Source of the DNA: Clostridia bacterium
Lineage (GTDB): Bacteria > Bacillota > Clostridia > Oscillospirales > CAG-272
Reading direction: 5' to 3'
NCBI GenBank assembly: GCA_017412675.1
Contig: JAFPWV010000056.1
Location: forward strand, 1-62,966
Length of the DNA stretch: 62,966 nt
Every line of letters starts with the position of its first letter. Position 1 is the stretch's first letter. The translations under genes and the position numbers were made by a program. The notes beneath the pieces are model-generated. The model made no database searches. It saw nothing but the letters and a program-made list of their open reading frames with translations, and was not told the DNA's origin. Of this stretch, positions 1 to 10,108 are shown piece after piece.

Positions 1-1748
1 GAGAGCTTGTCGAGCTGCTCGTCGTAGCAGTGCGTGGTGTTGTAGCCTTCAGCGATGTAGGCCGGGTCGGTGGTGAAGTCGAAGGAGAAGTCATACGCAC
101 CGGAGGACCAGCCGGTCGCCAGGTTGAACATGTTGTAGGTCGGGACGGAGTAGTCGCCGCCAAGGCCGTACGCATCCTGACGATACATGTAGTTGAGCAG
201 TTCCGGGAAGGTCATGAGGTTCTGACGAATCTCAACGCCTGCCTGCTTGGTGCCTTCGCCGTTCGCGAGCATGGTCACGAGCAGGTCGGAGACGGAGTTG
301 CCTTCGGAGGAAGCCCAGTTGAGGAGAGCGGGCATCAGGGTGTCGCCGCCGACGGTCTTGCAGAAGGATTCATAGTTCGTCGCTTCCGCAGCGGAGACCT
401 TCTTGTAGCGGAGCTTGCCGGAGCCGTCCACATAGTCGGAGCCGTCTTCGTTGTACACGAAGCCGATGGACTTCAGGAGGGAGACCGCATCTTCCACGCT
501 GTAGTCGTAGGTGTCGATGTTGTCCGCGATGAACTTCTTGGAGTCTTCATACATGGAGAATGCCGTGCAGTACGGGCCGTGAACGACGGAGCCGTAGCCC
601 TGGCAGAAGGTGTTCGCGAATTCGTTTCTGTCGAGGAGGTGTGCAACCGCCTGACGGAATTCGGTGTACTGAGCGGGGCCGAGGTCGCACGCGAATGCGA
701 AGTAGCCGTAACCAGCTCTGTCATATTCGCAGAACTTGGAATCGATGGTGCCGTTGTCCATGAGGTCGTAGATCGCATTGACCTTATCGCCGTCCGCGAT
801 ACCGGAGTAGATCTGGATGCCGCCGGTGGCGATGGTGTCGATGACGGTGTCGTCTTCGGTCTTCACGATGACGAGCTTCTGGATGCCGGGCTTCTGGCCC
901 TCAAAGTTGCCGCAGTAGTTGGGGTTGACTTCGAGAACGATTTCGTTCGCGCTCTTGTCGAAGTTGACAAGGTTGTACGGGCCCGCGGTGACGCGGTTGG
1001 AGGTCGCATACTGAGCGGCGGTGATGTGATCGCCGACGGTGTCGATGGTGAATTCGGTACCGTTGTCGTTGACGAGGTAAGCGCCCTGGCCGTCATCCTT
1101 GACATGCCAGCCTTCGCCGAACCAGTAGGTGAGGTTCACAGCGCGGGCTCCGGCATAAGCGAGGTCGTAGTAGTAGGGCAGGTAGTTGTTTCCGTCGTAA
1201 CCGGTCTTGAGCTGGGTGAGGGAGAACTCATAGTCGCCGAGCAGACGGAGACCGGGCAGAGAGTTGGTCTCGCCGGTTCTGTAGGTGTTGCCGCCGGGGA
1301 TCATGTTGTAGCCGGCAGTGGTGGTGCCCATGTCAGCGCCGGTCTTGGACAGCGTGAAGAGGGACCAGGCAAGGAAGTTCTCGGCCTTGATCGGCTCGCC
1401 GTTGCTGAACACGAGGTTTTCCTTGATCTTGAAGGTGTAGGTGACGTTGCCGTCCGCATCTTCGGTTCTCTTGTAGCCGTTCTTCGCGACGACGGAGTCG
1501 TTGAGGACGTAGTCGCCGTTCTGGTTGGAAGTAACGGTCACGCAGTCATCGGTCAGGGTGATGACATCCTGGTCGGTGGCGTTGATGGAGCTGGTAAACG
1601 CGCCGTAAGCCCAGTCACCGTTCGCTTCGGTGTCCGTGCCGATGACGACCTGTCCAGCAGGCTTGGAGCTTCCGCATCCGGTGAGCGCCAGCGCGGAGAG
1701 CATGAGAACAGCCAGCACGAAGCTGAGTATTCTACTGTGCAGTTTCAT
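1..1748 (-). CDS. ABC transporter substrate-binding lipoprotein, family 5 (oligopeptide-type); runs off the left edge
   Basis: Not in the ORF track because it has no stop in the window. Begins MKLHSRILSFVLAVLMLSALALTGC (lipobox) after RBS GGAGG. Family-5 motifs: TYTFKIKENLVFSNGEPIKAENF, AGPYNL, FRQAVAHLLDR. Confidence 0.85.
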   Translation of the reverse strand, partial: MKLHSRILSFVLAVLMLSALALTGCGSSKPAGQVVIGTDTEANGDWAYGAFTSSINATDQDVITLTDDCVTVTSNQNGDYVLNDSVVAKNGYKRTEDADGNVTYTFKIKENLVFSNGEPIKAENFLAWSLFTLSKTGADMGTTTAGYNMIPGGNTYRTGETNSLPGLRLLGDYEFSLTQLKTGYDGNNYLPYYYDLAYAGARAVNLTYWFGEGWHVKDDGQGAYLVNDNGTEFTIDTVGDHITAAQYATSNRVTAGPYNLVNFDKSANEIVLEVNPNYCGNFEGQKPGIQKLVIVKTEDDTVIDTIATGGIQIYSGIADGDKVNAIYDLMDNGTIDSKFCEYDRAGYGYFAFACDLGPAQYTEFRQAVAHLLDRNEFANTFCQGYGSVVHGPYCTAFSMYEDSKKFIADNIDTYDYSVEDAVSLLKSIGFVYNEDGSDYVDGSGKLRYKKVSAAEATNYESFCKTVGGDTLMPALLNWASSEGNSVSDLLVTMLANGEGTKQAGVEIRQNLMTFPELLNYMYRQDAYGLGGDYSVPTYNMFNLATGWSSGAYDFSFDFTTDPAYIAEGYNTTHCYDEQLDKL

Positions 1749-1943
1749 GGTTTTTTCATCCTCCATAAGTTTTTTTGGACCGTCCGGTTTCCGTCCCGCA
1801 TTCCGCGAAGAACGGGAGGGGCGGTCCGAACCGGTGTATATCTGAAAGCGCATCCGCACATTGATGCGCCTTCATAACGGAATGAATACGGCATCCTCAT
1901 TTCCGCGGCGCGGAGAAGAAGGAATTGTATTACATTACAATGT

Positions 1944-1972
1944 ATTATAGCAAGAAATCACCCGGAAGTCAA
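1944..1972 (-). promoter_or_regulatory. sigma-A type promoter of the family-5 SBP gene
   Basis: TTGACT-17 bp-TATAAT with an extended TG on the - strand. Confidence 0.7.
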
Positions 1973-2100
1973 GATTAAATTCAAGATATTTTCATGGAGG
2001 ATGAAATTTGGTCACCGAAACGACACATTCGGGCGAATATACGTCATGATATGAACATTTTGACGGAAACGCGCGGTCATCCTGCAAAAGAACGGCGGGA

Positions 2101-4425
2101 TCAATGCTGCTCCGCGAGGTAGATCGACGCGCGGGACTGGATCTTTCCGGCGCACTCCTCCGCCGTGCCGACGCCGCCGAGGAACGCCGAGATCTCTTCG
2201 CGGATGATCATCCAGAGCGAGCGGTCCCAGCGCCCGACGAGCGAATCGCCCGCGCTGTCGAGGATGGCTTCCATCCGCGCCGTGTCCTCCGGTTCGGCGA
2301 CATACAGCGCGCCGGGGTATTCGAGATCCGCTTCGGTGAACTCCTCCGAAGAGCCCGGCATGTAGATCGGATAGGGATGGTCGCCGAAATACGCGATCTG
2401 AGCGTGTCCGTAATAGTCCTCGGCGGACCGGCGGAGGTCTTCGCGCAGGGAGGTGGAGATGCCGCCCCTTCCCTCTCCGCCGATGAAGGTCTCCCGGATG
2501 AAGTCCCACGCGAGATCGGGCTCCTCGCAGAAGGTCGTGATGACGAAGACCTCGGTCGGATCGATCTGAATGCCCGCGCCCGCTTCCCGAGTCGACGACG
2601 GGTAGCCGATCAGGACCCAGTCCTTCGTGTTGAAGAGCTTGAACGGGGCCAAGCCGAGCGCGTCCGGCTGGCATTTCGCAAGCGCGATCCGCCCGCTCAG
2701 CCGCATTTCGGCGCGTCCGTCGCTGTCAAGCTCCGCGAACGGCGAGGTCCGGCGGTATTCCTCCTCGGTCGGGAGCGCGTCGAGGAAGCGGAGGAACCGC
2801 ACGAAATCCGGGCTGTCGAAGGAGCAGGTCCCCGCCTCCTGGTCGACGAACGCGCGGTAGGCTCCCTGCGACAGGAATTCATCGCTGACACTCGAGCCCC
2901 GCGTGAGGTTCCAGAGCAGTTCCCGCCCTTCCCCGAGGCTTTCGGCAAAGTCGAGGAACTCCTCGATCGTCCAGCAGCCGCGCTCGCCGATCTCCCCGAG
3001 GATCTCCCGGGTGGAGACGAGCGTCGGGTAGATCGAGACGCCGTTCGTGATCCCCCACATCCCGCCCGCACCGTCGTCAAACATGCGCTTCACCGAGCCG
3101 AAGAGGTTGTCCGGGTTGACGCGCTCGTCTGCCTCGAGGTACGGCGTGAGGTCGCGGCAGAGGCCGTGCCGGAAGGCCTGCTCGATATACGATCCGACAC
3201 CCTCGCTGAGAAGGATGTCCGGCTTGTAGCTCCCGGTCACCATGTCGAGGGTCATCTTGCCGCCGGGCGCGGGGAAATCGATGTCCGGCGGGTCGCCCGA
3301 GCGGTCGTCGATCACGATGCGGTACCCCGGATGGGAGGCGTTGAAGATGCGCATCGCGTCCTTGATATTCATGCCGACCTCCGGATACCGTGTCGCAACG
3401 ACGATCTTCTTGACCGTCCGCAGATCGACGTCCGGGATCGGATCATGCACCACAAGCGAATCCTGGAGGATCGTCATGATGCTGGTCTGGACCGCGAATA
3501 CCCGTCCGTCGCCGACCGCGCAGACATGTTCGAGATTGCCGACGAGGCCGGAGTTGGTGAGATCGGCGATCGTATCCTTCTCCCACGAGCCCTTCTTCGC
3601 CTCGCGCACGCCGTAAACCCCCCCTTCGTTCGAGTAGAAGAAGAGGTAGTCCCCCGATCCGGGCGCCGCCGACGCACGGGAAGACGTATGGAAGACCTCA
3701 CCGAGCTTCCCGGTCTTCGCGTCGATCGGCACGGCGCTTCCGTTGTCGTAGTGGAGCAGGAATCGCCCGTCCGGGAGGGAGAACAGCCGATGCATGACGG
3801 GCTGGACCGATACGGTGTTTTTCACAAGGAGTTTTTCGTCGAAGAGCAGGAGCTGGGTCCCGTAGGAGATGCAGAACCGCCCCTCTGCGCCGACGGTAAA
3901 AGCCTGCGGCAGGCTCCCGTCCGTGACGAGCGCCGCGAGATCCGTGTCGTATGTCACGACCTCTCCGGACGCGGGATCGAAGCGGTTAAGGTAACTGCTC
4001 CCCACGCTGCCGTCCATCCGCACAGAGAGGTACCAGAGGATCCCGTCCCGAATGGATCCTGTCCGGTACCACGAGCCGTCCTCGCTTTCCGGGAGCGGGA
4101 CGGAGGAGAGGATGGTCTCCCCGTCCGTGCGGCAGAACGCGCGCCGGGCGACGGTCGTGATCTCCCCGTCCTCTCCGGCAGCCTCTTCATAGCGCAGCGT
4201 CGTGAAGCGGAGCTCGCCGCGCTCTTCGTCCCACTCGAAGGCCGTCATCGTATCCGGCACCGCGCCCTCTTCCAGTGTGATGGCCTGCGAATCCACAAGG
4301 TGCGTGAGGATATTCGGGTCCCCGGTCTGCTCCGGTTCCTCCGTCTTCTTCCCCTTCCCGCAGCCCGCGAGGAGGGCGATGGCGAGGAGGACGGCGAGGA
4401 GGCGCGTCAGGCGGTTATGTTTCAT
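2101..4425 (-). CDS. large lipoprotein: N-terminal beta-rich (propeller-like) region plus C-terminal extracellular solute-binding domain
   Basis: Lipobox LLAGC. C-half has SBP_bac_1-like motifs (FNASHPGYRI, PDIL, DLTPYLEAD, WTIEEF, AWDFIR, IQSRASIYLAEQ). ATG at 4425 is best spaced from AGGAG; the track starts at 4431. Confidence 0.75.
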   Translation of the reverse strand: MKHNRLTRLLAVLLAIALLAGCGKGKKTEEPEQTGDPNILTHLVDSQAITLEEGAVPDTMTAFEWDEERGELRFTTLRYEEAAGEDGEITTVARRAFCRTDGETILSSVPLPESEDGSWYRTGSIRDGILWYLSVRMDGSVGSSYLNRFDPASGEVVTYDTDLAALVTDGSLPQAFTVGAEGRFCISYGTQLLLFDEKLLVKNTVSVQPVMHRLFSLPDGRFLLHYDNGSAVPIDAKTGKLGEVFHTSSRASAAPGSGDYLFFYSNEGGVYGVREAKKGSWEKDTIADLTNSGLVGNLEHVCAVGDGRVFAVQTSIMTILQDSLVVHDPIPDVDLRTVKKIVVATRYPEVGMNIKDAMRIFNASHPGYRIVIDDRSGDPPDIDFPAPGGKMTLDMVTGSYKPDILLSEGVGSYIEQAFRHGLCRDLTPYLEADERVNPDNLFGSVKRMFDDGAGGMWGITNGVSIYPTLVSTREILGEIGERGCWTIEEFLDFAESLGEGRELLWNLTRGSSVSDEFLSQGAYRAFVDQEAGTCSFDSPDFVRFLRFLDALPTEEEYRRTSPFAELDSDGRAEMRLSGRIALAKCQPDALGLAPFKLFNTKDWVLIGYPSSTREAGAGIQIDPTEVFVITTFCEEPDLAWDFIRETFIGGEGRGGISTSLREDLRRSAEDYYGHAQIAYFGDHPYPIYMPGSSEEFTEADLEYPGALYVAEPEDTARMEAILDSAGDSLVGRWDRSLWMIIREEISAFLGGVGTAEECAGKIQSRASIYLAEQH

Positions 4426-4476
4426 GGTCATGCTCCTTTTTTCCTGTTGTTCAGTCGTCTTTTTCTTCTACACCTC

Positions 4477-4505
4477 ATTTTAGCAAAGTTTCATCCATTT
4501 GTCAA
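4477..4505 (-). promoter_or_regulatory. sigma-A promoter of the solute-binding lipoprotein gene
   Basis: TTGACA-17-TAAAAT with a TG extension. Confidence 0.7.
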
Positions 4506-4594
4506 GACTCGGCGGGCAAAAGAAATAAAAATGCAAAAAACGGGAAAGTTTTTTCGTGTAAAACGGGGATTCGCGCGAAATTGCGCCGGGGTGC

Positions 4595-4623
4595 TTGACA
4601 AGCTCCGCCGCGCGTGGTACAAT
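4595..4623 (+). promoter_or_regulatory. sigma-A promoter of the lysine riboswitch/dap operon
   Basis: TTGACA-17-TACAAT with a TG extension. Confidence 0.8.
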
Positions 4624-4641
4624 ATGCATGAATATACAAGA

Positions 4642-4813
4642 GATAGAGGCGCGCCGCGCCAAAAGTACCGCGAAATCCGGCTGACCGGGCCGCGCGGGAA
4701 AGGGACCGGCGCCGAAGCGGACGCATCCCCGGTCGGGGCGTTTCGCTGGCACGGCGGAGAAGATCCGTCCTGCTGTCGCACGGGTCCCGCCCGGATCCGC
4801 GCGGAGCGCTATC
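4642..4813 (+). ncRNA. lysine riboswitch (L-box) aptamer
   Basis: Conserved blocks GATAGAGGCGC, GAAAGGG, CGCCGAA, CTGTC and GGAGCGCTATC, with P1 pairing GATAG/CTATC. Sits upstream of dapA-dapB-ddh. Confidence 0.92.
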
Positions 4814-4828
4814 GGCATCCACGAGGGT

Positions 4829-4857
4829 GAGATAGCGTCGTCCGCTGTCTCTTTTTT
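4829..4857 (+). terminator. riboswitch expression-platform terminator
   Basis: GAGATAGCG/CGCTGTCTC stem followed by T6. Its 5' arm (GATAGCG) can alternatively pair with the aptamer 3' end CGCTATC as an antiterminator. Confidence 0.85.
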
Positions 4858-4887
4858 ATACCTGTAAATCATTGGAGGTTCACGCGC

Positions 4888-5781
4888 ATGAAAAACACCG
4901 TCTTCACCGGAGCCGGCACCGCCCTCGTCACCCCACTCACGAAGGACGGGGTGGACTTCAAGACATTCGCCGATCTCATCGAATGGCAGATCTCCGAGGG
5001 GATCGACGCCCTCGTCATCGCCGGGACCACGGGTGAGGGCTCGACCCTCTCCGACGAGGAGCACCGGGCCGTCCTCAAGTTCGCCTCGGAGCAGATCCGC
5101 GGGCGCGTACCCGTCGTCGCCGGAACCGGCTCGAACGACACCGCCTACGCGATCGATCTGACGAAATACGCCTGCGAGGTCGGCTGCGACGCCATGCTCC
5201 TCGTCACGCCATATTACAACAAGGCGACCCAGCGGGGGCTCATCGAATCCTTCGCGGCCATCGCCGACGCCTCCTCGAAGCCCTGCATCCTCTACAACGT
5301 CCCTTCCCGCACCGGGTGCAATCTCCTGCCCCCCGCCCTCGCGGCGCTCTCGGATCACCCGAACATCGTCGGCGTCAAGGAGGCGAGCGGGAACATCTCC
5401 CAGATCGCCGAGGAAGCCGCGCTGTGCGGAGATCGGATCGACTTCTACTCCGGCAACGACGACCAGATCGTCCCGATCCTCTCCCTCGGGGGCGTCGGCG
5501 TGATCTCCGTCCTCTCGAACCTCCTCCCGAAGGAGACGTCCCGGATGTGCCATCTCTTCCTCGACGGCGACGTGAAGGCGGCCCGGGAGATGCAGCTGAA
5601 ATACCTGCCCCTCATCAACGCGCTCTTCTCGGAGGTCAACCCGATCCCCGTCAAGGCCGCGATGAGCCGCATGGGCTTCGGCGAGAACTGTCTGCGCCTC
5701 CCGCTCACCCCGATGGAGGAGGAGCACGAGGCCAAGCTCGTCGCCCTGATGCGGGAAGCCGGCGTGCCGATGGTGAGGTGA
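4888..5781 (+). CDS. dapA: 4-hydroxy-tetrahydrodipicolinate synthase
   Basis: GTTGE, PYYNK, LYNVPSRTG and GVKEASG motifs. Confidence 0.97.
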   Translation: MKNTVFTGAGTALVTPLTKDGVDFKTFADLIEWQISEGIDALVIAGTTGEGSTLSDEEHRAVLKFASEQIRGRVPVVAGTGSNDTAYAIDLTKYACEVGCDAMLLVTPYYNKATQRGLIESFAAIADASSKPCILYNVPSRTGCNLLPPALAALSDHPNIVGVKEASGNISQIAEEAALCGDRIDFYSGNDDQIVPILSLGGVGVISVLSNLLPKETSRMCHLFLDGDVKAAREMQLKYLPLINALFSEVNPIPVKAAMSRMGFGENCLRLPLTPMEEEHEAKLVALMREAGVPMVR

Positions 5782-5785
5782 CACG

Positions 5786-6553
5786 ATGAAGATTCTTGTG
5801 AGCGGCCTCGGCGGGCACATGGGCACGGAAGTCGCGCGCCTCGCCGGAGCCGGATACCGCGGGACCTCCCTCCTCGGCGGGATCGATCCGTTCGCGGAGG
5901 CCACGGCCGTCCCGTGCGCGAGATCCTTTGAGGAGGCTGAGACCCTCTTCGCCGCCGATCTCGCAGACCGGCCTTGCGTCGTCGATTTCAGCCATCACAG
6001 CGCGACCCCCGCCCTGCTCAATTTCGCCGTCAAGTATTCGCTCCCCGTCGTTCACGCCACCACCGGGCACACGGAGGAGGAGCTCGCCGCGATCCCCGGA
6101 GCCGCGGAAAAGATCCCGCTGTTCCGTTCGGCGAACATGTCCGTCGGCATCGCGCTCCTCGTCGAGCTGGCGAAGCAGACGGCGGCGGCGTTCCCGGACG
6201 CGGAGATCGAGATCGTCGAGCGGCACCATGACCGCAAGTTCGACGCGCCGAGCGGGACCGCCCTGATGCTGGCGGACGCCATCCGCGAGGTCCGGCCGTC
6301 GGCAACCCTGCATCCCGGACGCGCCGGCTACGGGAAGCGCACCCCGGACGAGATCGGCATCCACGCCATCCGCATGGGGAACATCGTCGGCGATCACGAA
6401 GTCCTCGTCGGCACGCAGAACCAGACCATCACCCTGAAGCATGAGGCCCACAGCCGCGCCCTGTTCGCGGAGGGAGCCCTCGCCGCGGCGGCATTTCTCG
6501 AGGGAAAGCCCGCGGGGCTCTACGATATGAACCGCATGATCCACGACCGGTGA
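5786..6553 (+). CDS. dapB: 4-hydroxy-tetrahydrodipicolinate reductase
   Basis: GLGGHMG, VDFS, ERHHDRKFDAPSGTA. Confidence 0.96.
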   Translation: MKILVSGLGGHMGTEVARLAGAGYRGTSLLGGIDPFAEATAVPCARSFEEAETLFAADLADRPCVVDFSHHSATPALLNFAVKYSLPVVHATTGHTEEELAAIPGAAEKIPLFRSANMSVGIALLVELAKQTAAAFPDAEIEIVERHHDRKFDAPSGTALMLADAIREVRPSATLHPGRAGYGKRTPDEIGIHAIRMGNIVGDHEVLVGTQNQTITLKHEAHSRALFAEGALAAAAFLEGKPAGLYDMNRMIHDR

Positions 6554-6577
6554 CCCCGGAGAAAGAAGAAAACGCCC

Positions 6578-7555
6578 ATGAAAATCGCCATTTACGGTTA
6601 CGGCAATCTCGGACGCGGCGTGGAGTGCGCCGTCACGGCAGCCCCGGACGCCTCCCTCGTCGGCATCTTCACCCGCCGCGACCCGTCCGCCGTCCATCCG
6701 CACACCGACGTCCCGGTTTATCCCGCGGACGATATTCTCACATACCGCGATCGGATCGACGTCCTCGTGATCTGCGGCGGGAGCGCGACCGATCTGCCCG
6801 CGATGACCCCCGCGCTGGCAAAGGATTTCAACGTCGTCGACAGCTTCGACACGCACGCCTCCATTCCGGAGCACTTTGCCCGGGTCGACAGCGCCGCGGC
6901 GGAGAACGGACACATCGCCCTCATCTCCGCGGGCTGGGATCCCGGCATGTTCTCGCTGAACCGCCTCTACGCGTCGGCGATCCTCCCGGACGGCGCGGAC
7001 TACACCTTCTGGGGACGCGGCGTGAGTCAGGGCCATTCCGACGCCATCCGCCGCATCGACGGGGTGAAGGACGCCCGGCAGTACACCGTTCCCGTCCCCG
7101 AAGCCCTCGCAAAGGTCCGGGCGGGCGAAAATCCGACCCTCACCGTCCGCGAGAAGCACACCCGCGAGTGCTACGTCGTCGCAGAGGAAGGCGCGGACCT
7201 CGGCCGCATCGAGCGCGAGATCAAGACCATGCCGCACTACTTCGACGAATACGACACGACCGTGAACTTCATCACGGAGGAAGAACTTCTCCGCGATCAC
7301 CGGGGCATCCCGCACGGCGGCAGCGTCATCCGCACCGGCAAGACCGGCTGGAACGGCGAGAACCGGCACGTCATCGAATATTCCCTGAAGCTCGACTCGA
7401 ACCCCGAATTCACGGCGTCCGTCCTCGTCGCCTTCGCCCGCGCGATCTTCAAGATGCACAGCCGCGGCGTCACGGGCTGCAAGACGGTCTTCGACATCGC
7501 CCCCGCGGATCTCTCCCCGCTCTCCCCCGAAGAGCTCCGCGCGAAGATGCTCTGA
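6578..7555 (+). CDS. ddh: meso-diaminopimelate dehydrogenase
   Basis: GYGNLG, GWDPG, TFWGRGVSQGHSDA, NPEFTASVL. Confidence 0.95.
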   Translation: MKIAIYGYGNLGRGVECAVTAAPDASLVGIFTRRDPSAVHPHTDVPVYPADDILTYRDRIDVLVICGGSATDLPAMTPALAKDFNVVDSFDTHASIPEHFARVDSAAAENGHIALISAGWDPGMFSLNRLYASAILPDGADYTFWGRGVSQGHSDAIRRIDGVKDARQYTVPVPEALAKVRAGENPTLTVREKHTRECYVVAEEGADLGRIEREIKTMPHYFDEYDTTVNFITEEELLRDHRGIPHGGSVIRTGKTGWNGENRHVIEYSLKLDSNPEFTASVLVAFARAIFKMHSRGVTGCKTVFDIAPADLSPLSPEELRAKML

Positions 7556-7577
7556 TCCTGTCCCCCTTTCCACATTG

Positions 7578-7606
7578 AAATCGGCCGCACAGCCGATTTT
7601 CGTTTT
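7578..7606 (+). terminator. intrinsic terminator after ddh
   Basis: AAATCGGC/GCCGATTT stem followed by a T-rich tail. Confidence 0.6.
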
Positions 7607-7610
7607 CATG

Positions 7611-7639
7611 TTGCACTTTCCCGCGGATTGTGCTATAAT
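7611..7639 (+). promoter_or_regulatory. sigma-A promoter of metY-metA
   Basis: TTGCAC-17-TATAAT with a TG extension. Confidence 0.7.
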
Positions 7640-7686
7640 GCTCTCTGTAACCGAAAAATCGTATCAATTCAGGAGGATCCACCCCA

Positions 7687-8970
7687 ATGGCTGGCATCGG
7701 CACCAAATGCGTACAGGCCGGGTACACCCCGAAGAACGGCGAACCCCGGCAGATCCCGATCATCGAAAGCACCACCTTTAAATATGACACCGGCGACGCG
7801 ATGGGCGCGCTCTTCGACCTCGAAGCGAGCGGCTATTTCTATTCCCGCCTCCAGAACCCGACCTGCGACCACGTCGCCGCGAAGATCGCCGCCCTCGAGG
7901 GAGGCACCGCCGCGATGCTGACCTCTTCCGGGCAGGCGGCGAGCTTTCTCGCCATGTTCAACCTCTGCTCCGCGGGGGACCACGTCGTCTCCTCGAGCGC
8001 GATCTACGGCGGCACGTACAACCTGCTGGCCGTCACGATGAAGCGGATGGGGATTTCTTCGACCTTCGTCTCCCCCGACTGCACCGAGGAGGAGCTGGAA
8101 GCGGCCTTCACCCCGGAGACCAAGCTCGTCTTCGGTGAGACCGTCGCCAATCCCGCCCTGAACGTCCTCGATATCGAGAAGTTCGCGGCTGCGGCGCACC
8201 GTCACGGCGTTCCGCTGATCGTCGACAACACCTTCCCCACCCCGGTCAACTGCCGTCCCATCGAATGGGGCGCGGACATCGTCACCCATTCCACCACCAA
8301 GTACATGGACGGCCACGGTTCCGCGGTCGGCGGCGCGATCGTCGACTCCGGCAAGTTCGACTGGATGGCGCACGCGGACAAGTTCCCCGGCCTCTGCACC
8401 CCGGACGAGAGCTACCACGGCATCACCTACGCCGAGAAATTCGGTCAGGGCGGCGCGTTCATCACCAAGGCCACGGCCCAGCTCATGCGGGACCTCGGCG
8501 TGACGCCTTCCCCGATGAGCGCGTACCTCTTGAACCTCGGGCTCGAAAGCCTGCACGTCCGTATGGCGCGCCACTGTGCATCCGCGCAGAAGATCGCCGA
8601 ATTCCTCGAAGCCGACGAGAGAGTCGCGTGGGTCAACTACCCCGGCCTGCCCTCCTCGAAGGACTATGCGCTCGCCGTAAAATACATGCCGAACGGCGTC
8701 TGCGGCGTCATCAGCTTCGGTGTCAGGGGTGGCCGTGCGGCTGCCGGACGGTTCATGGAGTCCCTGCGCCTCGTCGCCATCGAGACCCACGTCGCCGACG
8801 CGCGCTCCTGCTGCCTGCATCCGGCCACTACGACGCATCGCCAGATGAACGACGACGAGCTTCTCGCAGCGGGCGTCTCCGCCGATCTCGTCCGCCTCTC
8901 CGTGGGTCTCGAGGATGCCGATGACCTCATCGCCGACATCACCGCCGCCCTCGAAGCCGCGGCCAGATAA
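7687..8970 (+). CDS. metY: O-acetylhomoserine aminocarboxypropyltransferase (sulfhydrylase)
   Basis: YSRLQNPT, VDNTF, HSTTKY (PLP lysine), HPATTTHRQ, VRLSVGLE. Confidence 0.9.
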   Translation: MAGIGTKCVQAGYTPKNGEPRQIPIIESTTFKYDTGDAMGALFDLEASGYFYSRLQNPTCDHVAAKIAALEGGTAAMLTSSGQAASFLAMFNLCSAGDHVVSSSAIYGGTYNLLAVTMKRMGISSTFVSPDCTEEELEAAFTPETKLVFGETVANPALNVLDIEKFAAAAHRHGVPLIVDNTFPTPVNCRPIEWGADIVTHSTTKYMDGHGSAVGGAIVDSGKFDWMAHADKFPGLCTPDESYHGITYAEKFGQGGAFITKATAQLMRDLGVTPSPMSAYLLNLGLESLHVRMARHCASAQKIAEFLEADERVAWVNYPGLPSSKDYALAVKYMPNGVCGVISFGVRGGRAAAGRFMESLRLVAIETHVADARSCCLHPATTTHRQMNDDELLAAGVSADLVRLSVGLEDADDLIADITAALEAAAR

Positions 8971-9000
8971 CAGAAGCTCCACATCACCGGAGGTACTCCC

Positions 9001-9939
9001 ATGCCCATCAAGATTCCGAACGATCTTCCCGCCGTCCAGACCCTCGCCGACGAAAACATCTTCGCCATGACGGAGACGCGTGCGATCACGCAGGACATCC
9101 GCCCGCTGCACATCCTTCTGCTCAATCTCATGCCGAAGAAGATCGAGACGGAGACCCAGCTCTGCCGCGTCCTCGGGAACACGCCGCTCCAGATCGAGCT
9201 GACGCTCATCCGTACCGCGTCGCATGTGGCGGCGAACACCACGATGGATCACCTCCTGGCGTTCTACAAGACCTTCGACGACGTGAAGGACGAGAACTTC
9301 GACGGGCTCATCATCACGGGCGCGCCGGTGGAACAGCTCGCGTTCGAGGAGGTCGACTACTGGGACGAGCTCTGCCGGATCATGCGCTGGAGTGAGGATC
9401 ACGTCCACTCCGTCATGCATATCTGCTGGGGCGCGCAGGCCGGTCTGTACTACCACTACGGCATCGGCAAGGAACCGCTCCCGGAGAAGCTCTTCGGCGT
9501 CTTCCCCCACCGCGCGGATTACCCGAAATCCATGCTTCTGCGCGGCTTCGACGACGTCTTTTACGTCCCGCATTCCCGCCACACGACGGTGAACCGCGCG
9601 GCGATCGAGGCCTGCCCGGAGCTGAAGATCCTCGCATCCTCCGCGCGCGCGGGCGTCCACGTCATCTACGCGCAGAAGAAGCGGCAGTTCTTCGTCATGG
9701 GACACGCGGAGTACGATCCCCTCACGCTCGATGCGGAATACCGCCGGGACGTCGCAGCCGGACTCCCGATCCATGTGCCGGAGAATTATTATGAGGACGA
9801 CGATCCTGCGAAGCCCCCGATCGTGAACTGGCGCGCGCACGGGAACCTGCTCTACACGAACTGGCTGAACTATTTCGTCTATCAGTCCACGCCGTATGAC
9901 CTCAAGAAGGTCCCCGAGCGGCCCGCGTTGGACGAATAA
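9001..9939 (+). CDS. metA: homoserine O-acyltransferase, MetA family, predicted acetyltransferase
   Basis: [15 protein letters not shown] and GHAEY. TGAPVE has Glu at the specificity position associated with acetyl-CoA use. Confidence 0.95.
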   Translation: MPIKIPNDLPAVQTLADENIFAMTETRAITQDIRPLHILLLNLMPKKIETETQLCRVLGNTPLQIELTLIRTASHVAANTTMDHLLAFYKTFDDVKDENFDGLIITGAPVEQLAFEEVDYWDELCRIMRWSEDHVHSVMHICWGAQAGLYYHYGIGKEPLPEKLFGVFPHRADYPKSMLLRGFDDVFYVPHSRHTTVNRAAIEACPELKILASSARAGVHVIYAQKKRQFFVMGHAEYDPLTLDAEYRRDVAAGLPIHVPENYYEDDDPAKPPIVNWRAHGNLLYTNWLNYFVYQSTPYDLKKVPERPALDE

Positions 9940-10108
9940 TCGTTCCGGAAACGGAATCTTTTCGGCTGCGTTTCTGTTATATTTTCAGATTATTCATTAA
10001 AACGAAACAATCGAATGCTATAATGCTTATTGCTCATGGGTTCCGCTTTCCCGCCAGACGGGGAACGGGACCCGTGTTATCACAACGGAGGGTTCGATCC
10101 GCATCGCT

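Noticed and set aside
30-1877. Long antisense ORFs (e.g. 30..1877, 2104..4830, 7669..9840, 36404..39133, 53253..56984)
   Set aside because: They are shadow frames opposite recognisable genes, as expected at high GC, and have no motifs or RBS.
1973-2070. CodY-like boxes in the AT-rich region upstream of the peptide SBP promoter
   Set aside because: Matches to AATTTTCWGAAAATT have too many mismatches to call by eye.
7640-7686. SAM riboswitch or T-box upstream of metY-metA
   Set aside because: The promoter lies about 45 nt from the start codon, leaving no room, and no conserved motifs are present.
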